This document shows positions 23,732 through 27,677 of a DNA stretch of 27,677 nucleotides, in pieces. A program made the position numbers and the translations under genes. The notes below the pieces were generated by a model. The model saw only the letters and a list, made by a program, of their open reading frames with translations, did not search any database and was not told the DNA's origin. Source of the DNA: an uncultured virus (IMG/VR IMGVR_UViG_3300035696_000009) (lineage: Duplodnaviria > Heunggongvirae > Uroviricota > Caudoviricetes); IMG/VR virus record IMGVR_UViG_3300035696_000009; one strand, 5' to 3'. Every line of letters begins with the position of its first letter. Position 1 is the first letter of the stretch.

Positions 23732-24561
23732 GGCGGGAACTTCCCGGGATCGGGATCGCCGTCGTCTGCGAAGGGATCGTCCTCGGCGTCCAGCACCATC
23801 TCCGCGTGCACGACGACCTTCTTCTCGGACTTCCGCGGCTTCGGTCGCGGTCTGCGCACGTAGCGCTTGCTCTCGACCTCGACGACCCATTCGAGCGGGG
23901 GCGCGAGCCAGCATTTCCGGTCGAGGAGGGCCGCGTGCCGCGCCGCTTTGAGCAGCGCCCGCATGAGCGCGAGCCCGGCCTCCGTGGGGTCCCTCCGGAC
24001 GGCGTCCTTGGCCCTCGCGACAATGATCCACGGGAGGCTCTCGGCCTCCTTCCATTCTCTCGCCGTGATCCCGACGAGGAGCGTCGAGACGATCCGCTTC
24101 TTCGACGAGGCGTGGACGTCCGACGTGATGTGGTGGACCGGGGCGCTGGCTGGGACGACGGGCTTGTCGGGATCCATGTAGCCCGCGCGGCGGAGGAGCG
24201 TCTCGATCGAGTCGATCTTCATAGCCTGCTCGCTGAGCTGGCGCTCCTTGCCGGATTTCTTCCCGCGGACGCGGAATTTCCGGCCCGTGTACTCCCACGC
24301 GGACCACGAGCGCTGCCCCATGCAGAGCTGCCGCTGGAACCGGCCGCGCGCGAGGCTGTAGAGCCAGCGCCACGCGGCCTTGTCGAAGATGAGCATGTAG
24401 GACGAGAGCTGAAGCTCGCGGACGCGCGACAGGCGCATCTCGAGCTGGTTGCACTCGCGGAGCGCCTTGTGGAACTCCGCTGCCGGGAGCGGCGTGCTCG
24501 CGGGCCCGACGGCGACCTTGGGCGGCGACGCGAACGCGTCGAGCACGATCGCGGTGCTCAT
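23728..24561 (-). CDS. Basic hypothetical protein (277 aa)
   Basis: ATGA overlaps; GC3 bias. Confidence 0.75.
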   Translation of the reverse strand: MSTAIVLDAFASPPKVAVGPASTPLPAAEFHKALRECNQLEMRLSRVRELQLSSYMLIFDKAAWRWLYSLARGRFQRQLCMGQRSWSAWEYTGRKFRVRGKKSGKERQLSEQAMKIDSIETLLRRAGYMDPDKPVVPASAPVHHITSDVHASSKKRIVSTLLVGITAREWKEAESLPWIIVARAKDAVRRDPTEAGLALMRALLKAARHAALLDRKCWLAPPLEWVVEVESKRYVRRPRPKPRKSEKKVVVHAEMVLDAEDDPFADDGDPDPGKFPP

Positions 24562-24761
24562 GGCTTTGGCCGCCTTGGTTCCTCCGCCTGATCTCCGACC
24601 GCCCGCCCGAGGAGCACTGCGAGTTCCGCGGGCGTGCACCCTGCGTCCATGGGTTCGCCCCTGACGAGCACCACGAGCTTGACCTCGTGGATCTCCGCGA
24701 GCGTGGCGAAAGCTTGCATCGCTCCGAGGATCTTGCGCGCGCGATCGGCGTTCACGCTCAT
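24558..24761 (-). CDS. Hypothetical protein
   Basis: ATGA overlaps at both ends. Confidence 0.65.
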   Translation of the reverse strand: MSVNADRARKILGAMQAFATLAEIHEVKLVVLVRGEPMDAGCTPAELAVLLGRAVGDQAEEPRRPKP

Positions 24762-25321
24762 CGGTCCGCCGAGAAGATGAGGTCGTGCGAGACGATCTCC
24801 GTGCGCTCCTCGACGAGCCTGCACCCGAGGAGCTTCGGCCTATGGTCCCACGGTTTGATCGGCGGCAGGGCCGTGAACCTCTTGCTGCGCTCGACAAGCG
24901 TGCGCAGCTCCGCGTCCGTGGGTTTGCGCGAGAGGAAGATGGCGACCGAGTTGTACGCGGCGTGCTTCGGCTCCTTGCCGGGCTTGAGCTTGCTCACGTT
25001 GCCCATCCCGTCGTTCGAGTAGCCCGGCGTCGGGGCCAGCCCCATCGGCGCGCGGCAGACCGCGTCGTCGCCGTGGTCGTCGACGCGCGTCGTGACGAGG
25101 TCCTCGAACGGGTCCTCCCTCTCGAAGTGCCCGCGGACGCCACGGCCGCGGACCTCCTTCTCGAACATCTCCCTGTACGGCCCCCCGCGGTGGTCGCCGT
25201 GCTCGTCGCAGCGCCCGACGACGAAGCTCGAAAGCTCGCGCTCGAAGTTGCCGGCGTAGGAGTCCATATCGACAACGAACGCCCACCGCGGCCCGCGGTC
25301 CGCCCACTCCCAGAGCGCCAT
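24758..25321 (-). CDS. Conserved phage protein (DxDSYAGNFERE family)
   Basis: Motifs FVVDMDSYAGNFERE and YNSVAIF; TGATG overlap. Confidence 0.8.
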   Translation of the reverse strand: MALWEWADRGPRWAFVVDMDSYAGNFERELSSFVVGRCDEHGDHRGGPYREMFEKEVRGRGVRGHFEREDPFEDLVTTRVDDHGDDAVCRAPMGLAPTPGYSNDGMGNVSKLKPGKEPKHAAYNSVAIFLSRKPTDAELRTLVERSKRFTALPPIKPWDHRPKLLGCRLVEERTEIVSHDLIFSADR

Positions 25322-25521
25322 CAGAGCCTCTGCCTCTCCTCGTCCCAGGACTTCATGACGCGCTCGACCTGGTCCCTGAAGGAGTCGCGCGCGGCGACGA
25401 GCGCGAGAACGACCCGCGCGTCGAGCTGCACGGTCCCGAAGTGCATGTCCGTGTGGTCTCGGATCCAGTCCTTCCACTCGGGGAGCGTGGAGTCTTCGGT
25501 CGGGGCTTTGGTGGTCGTCAT
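25321..25521 (-). CDS. Hypothetical protein
   Basis: Overlaps at both ends. Confidence 0.7.
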   Translation of the reverse strand: MTTTKAPTEDSTLPEWKDWIRDHTDMHFGTVQLDARVVLALVAARDSFRDQVERVMKSWDEERQRL

Positions 25522-25736
25522 GGGCTGCCGTCCTTCGCCGCTCCGGGCAGGCACCGGAGCGGCACGTCGCGCATCGGGTACGAGGCGAAGCTCGCGCATG
25601 GCCACGTTCTCTGGTGCTCGTCGCGCGCCTCGGCCATCACCCAGTGCATCCAATACCAGAGCACCATCGCCCCGATCCCGCCCATCACCGAGAGCGTGAG
25701 CCAGACCTTCCTCCGGAACTCGGCGTCGAGCTTCAT
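25518..25736 (-). CDS. Single-TM small protein
   Basis: TM helix; WPC...VPLRC; ATGA overlaps. Confidence 0.7.
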   Translation of the reverse strand: MKLDAEFRRKVWLTLSVMGGIGAMVLWYWMHWVMAEARDEHQRTWPCASFASYPMRDVPLRCLPGAAKDGSP

Positions 25737-26407
25737 CGCGTCTCGGGCGAGCTGTGGTGCGTGCAGCCCTCTTTGGCCGGCGGCCAGTCGAGCCCGAAAT
25801 CCTTCCGGCGTATCTTCGCGCGCGGCGCGCCATCCAGCCAGAACACGATCCCCTCGATCGGCGCGGCCGAGAGGTACGCGCGCATGCCCTCGAACGTCCG
25901 CTCGAACTTGCCCGGCTCGATCACGACGGAGCCGTGCTTGATGAACTCGTCCTCCGCGAGGGCCTGGGGGTTTCCCTGGAGGTGCGGGCCGCAGAGTTCG
26001 TACGTCCCGGGTTCGAGCGGCTGCTTGAGGCGCAGGTACGCCTCGCGCGCCCATTTGTCCTCGGGCCCGTCCATGACGAGGACCCAGTGCGGCCAATGCC
26101 CGGTCGTCTTGTCCGGCTCGTCGCACGGGATGCCGCCGGCCGGCGGGGGCTTGCCCCCCTTCGCGTCGTAGCGCTTGTAGAGGAAATTGTTCGAGCGGAG
26201 GAGCAGCGGGACCCAGGCCATGTGGATGCCGTTGCCCGGGCCCGCGATGACGGCGCACGCGGTCCCGTCGAACTTCACGGTCGCGATGCCCTCGGCCATC
26301 ACGCGCTCAACGCCGGGGGTGAAGTCCGGTTTGAGTATGGCCTCGTTGCCGCGGCCCTTTTTACGCGGGACGAAATCCCGCTGGAACACGCACTGTATCT
26401 TCTTCAT
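25733..26407 (-). CDS. ATP-dependent RNA ligase, DUF5565/RLIG1(C12orf29)-like
   Basis: MKKIxCVF start; nucleotidyltransferase motifs I (ATVKFDGTAC), III (GTYELCGP), IV (IEGIVFW), V (AKIRR); GHWPHWV and QGNP; GAGGAG RBS. Confidence 0.8.
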   Translation of the reverse strand: MKKIQCVFQRDFVPRKKGRGNEAILKPDFTPGVERVMAEGIATVKFDGTACAVIAGPGNGIHMAWVPLLLRSNNFLYKRYDAKGGKPPPAGGIPCDEPDKTTGHWPHWVLVMDGPEDKWAREAYLRLKQPLEPGTYELCGPHLQGNPQALAEDEFIKHGSVVIEPGKFERTFEGMRAYLSAAPIEGIVFWLDGAPRAKIRRKDFGLDWPPAKEGCTHHSSPETR

Positions 26408-26628
26408 GTGATCTCCTCGGGAATACCGTTCGGGTACGCGACCGTCCGGCCGTGCTCCGGGTCGAACTCCCAGACGCCGCCCTCGTAGACGGGCTCCCAG
26501 TCGCCGGCCATCGACTCGGGCACCGCCATCCACCACCAGCGCCGGTGGTCTCCGCGCTCGCGGATCGCGTCCCGCCTGACCTCGCGCATCTCGCGCCTGA
26601 ACGCGTGCTTCTCCCTGCGGCGCTTCAT
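26404..26628 (-). CDS. Hypothetical protein
   Basis: GGAG RBS; ATGA overlap. Confidence 0.65.
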   Translation of the reverse strand: MKRRREKHAFRREMREVRRDAIRERGDHRRWWWMAVPESMAGDWEPVYEGGVWEFDPEHGRTVAYPNGIPEEIT

Positions 26629-26768
26629 GGCTTCTCCGTCCTCGCGCGCTCGCGCTTCTTCGTCTGCCTGTCGAGGTGCCCGACCCAGGCCCACGCCGCG
26701 CCGCCGCCGAGGACGAGCAGGACGAGGGCTACGCCCGCGACGACGTCGCCGATCGTGTAGACGAGCAT
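26625..26768 (-). CDS. Small single-TM protein (47 aa)
   Basis: GAGG RBS; TGATG overlap; hydrophobic helix plus basic tail. Confidence 0.7.
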   Translation of the reverse strand: MLVYTIGDVVAGVALVLLVLGGGAAWAWVGHLDRQTKKRERARTEKP

Positions 26769-26965
26769 CAAGTCCTCGGTTCCTTTGGCGGCACGCTCGT
26801 GATGGTCACGGTGTTGCGCACCTTCAGCTCGGGGATCGTCTTGCACCCCTCGTCGTGCTCGGTCCCCCACGAGCCGCCCGTGAAGAACCTCTCGGCGCAC
26901 GCGCCGCACGTGAGGTCGTAGCCGATGTTCCCGCACGCGATGATGGCGTCCTCGTCGCTCAACAT
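26768..26965 (-). CDS. Small Cys-containing protein (MLSDEDAIIAC...CGAC)
   Basis: ATG 2 nt after upstream stop. Confidence 0.7.
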   Translation of the reverse strand: MLSDEDAIIACGNIGYDLTCGACAERFFTGGSWGTEHDEGCKTIPELKVRNTVTITSVPPKEPRT

Positions 26966-26967
26966 GC

Positions 26968-27144
26968 TCAGTCCCTCGGGTCCGGCGAGCAGCTCAAGCA
27001 GTAGTTGCGACCCGACCAGTCGGGCTCGTCGATCGGGACATGGCAAGCGCGGCAGAAGCTCTCGAGCACTTCCTCGCGCTCGTCTTCCGTCAATGAGCGG
27101 AGCAGCTCGACCGCTTTTTTCGCTCTGTCCGTCGACATCATCAT
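26968..27144 (-). CDS. 58-aa Zn-finger protein (FCRAC...YCLSC)
   Basis: ATGA overlap; below ORF-track cutoff. Confidence 0.7.
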   Translation of the reverse strand: MMMSTDRAKKAVELLRSLTEDEREEVLESFCRACHVPIDEPDWSGRNYCLSCSPDPRD

Positions 27145-27677
27145 TTCTCGTACTCCATGCCGAACTTACGCTGCATCTCGAACCACTCGTCGTCGCCGAG
27201 GATCTCGTCCTCGCCTTCCCCCTCGCGGTGGTGGGACACGAGGCTCGACGGGTAGCGTCCCTTGGGCTCGGGGCCGAGGATCCTGCTCGAGTCCGCGTAC
27301 GGCAGGACCATCCGATCCATGCGCGCCGTCTCGTGGCGCACGACGTGGAGGCGGTAACCCTCGCCGTCAGCGGCCATGACGAGGGCGCTGCCGCGGCCCG
27401 ACGCGAGCGCCGTCTCGATCGCGTCCCGGAGCTGCGCGAGCGCGCGGGCGTCGCCGACGATGAACGCCTCGTCGTGCCACTGCTCTTGCGCGTAGACGTG
27501 CACGACCCCGAAGGGGTCGGGCTGGGCCCCGTGGAGCGAAGGCGACTTGGGCACGACCCCGAAGGGGTCGGGCTGGGCCCCGTGGAGCGAAGGCGACTTG
27601 GGCACGACCCCGAAGGGGTCGGGCTGGGCCCCGTGGAGCGAAGGCGACTTGGGCACGACCCCGAAGGGGTCGGGCTG
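27141..27677 (-). CDS. Conserved phage hypothetical protein with N-terminal 17-aa repeats, 5'-truncated
   Basis: HVYAQxxWHDEAFIVG...LRDAI...DGEGY motif; frame open to window edge. Confidence 0.75.
   Translation of the reverse strand, partial: QPDPFGVVPKSPSLHGAQPDPFGVVPKSPSLHGAQPDPFGVVPKSPSLHGAQPDPFGVVHVYAQEQWHDEAFIVGDARALAQLRDAIETALASGRGSALVMAADGEGYRLHVVRHETARMDRMVLPYADSSRILGPEPKGRYPSSLVSHHREGEGEDEILGDDEWFEMQRKFGMEYEK
27500..27677. repeat. Perfect 51-bp tandem repeat, about 3.5 copies, running off the window
   Basis: Identical units start at 27500, 27551, 27602 and 27653; each contains hairpin CGACCCC-GAA-GGGGTCG. Confidence 0.97.

Larger units (their letters stand above)
1..27677. mobile_element. 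Fragment of a large phage or phage-like element (accessory/early-type region)
   Basis: About 70 short co-oriented, overlapping ORFs, mostly hypothetical; several motifs I recognise from phage proteins; orphan MTase, RNA ligase, tRNA and tmRNA; no host operon. No structural hallmark gene in the window. Confidence 0.85.

Noticed and set aside
27500..27677. CRISPR array (palindromic repeat at regular spacing)
   Set aside because: The sequence between hairpins is identical in every unit, the period is a multiple of 3 within an ORF, and no cas genes are seen

Overview
This looks like a fragment of a large, high-GC (roughly 70% by eye) dsDNA virus or phage-like element. About 70 short genes are packed head-to-tail, mostly on the minus strand, with ATGA/GTGA/TGATG overlaps. 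There are two small plus-strand islands (6394-6609 and 11026-12187). I see no housekeeping operon and no capsid, terminase or integrase hallmark. A Myxococcota-type host is an inference from GC content, a myxobacterial-style lysozyme-like protein and a Cys-rich lipoprotein. Best-supported features: a one-piece tmRNA (18726-19103, tag ANDNAIAPAAQAA) carrying the alphaproteobacterial GGCAGUA T-loop signature, an atypical tRNA-CAU just upstream with alternative flanking stems, a DUF5565/RLIG1-like RNA ligase, an orphan beta-class DNA methyltransferase, a CmpB-type membrane protein, a ParB-like domain, a papain-like peptidase, a peptidoglycan-binding protein and a perfect 51-bp tandem repeat at the right edge. 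Main leads: (i) a viral translation-rescue/RNA-repair set (tmRNA, odd tRNA-CAU, RNA ligase) combined with recurrent leaderless-type promoters; (ii) protamine-like Arg/His-rich peptides and glycine-zipper membrane proteins, including a 39-aa MARY- peptide missing from the ORF track. All family assignments are motif recognition by eye and need HMM/CM confirmation.
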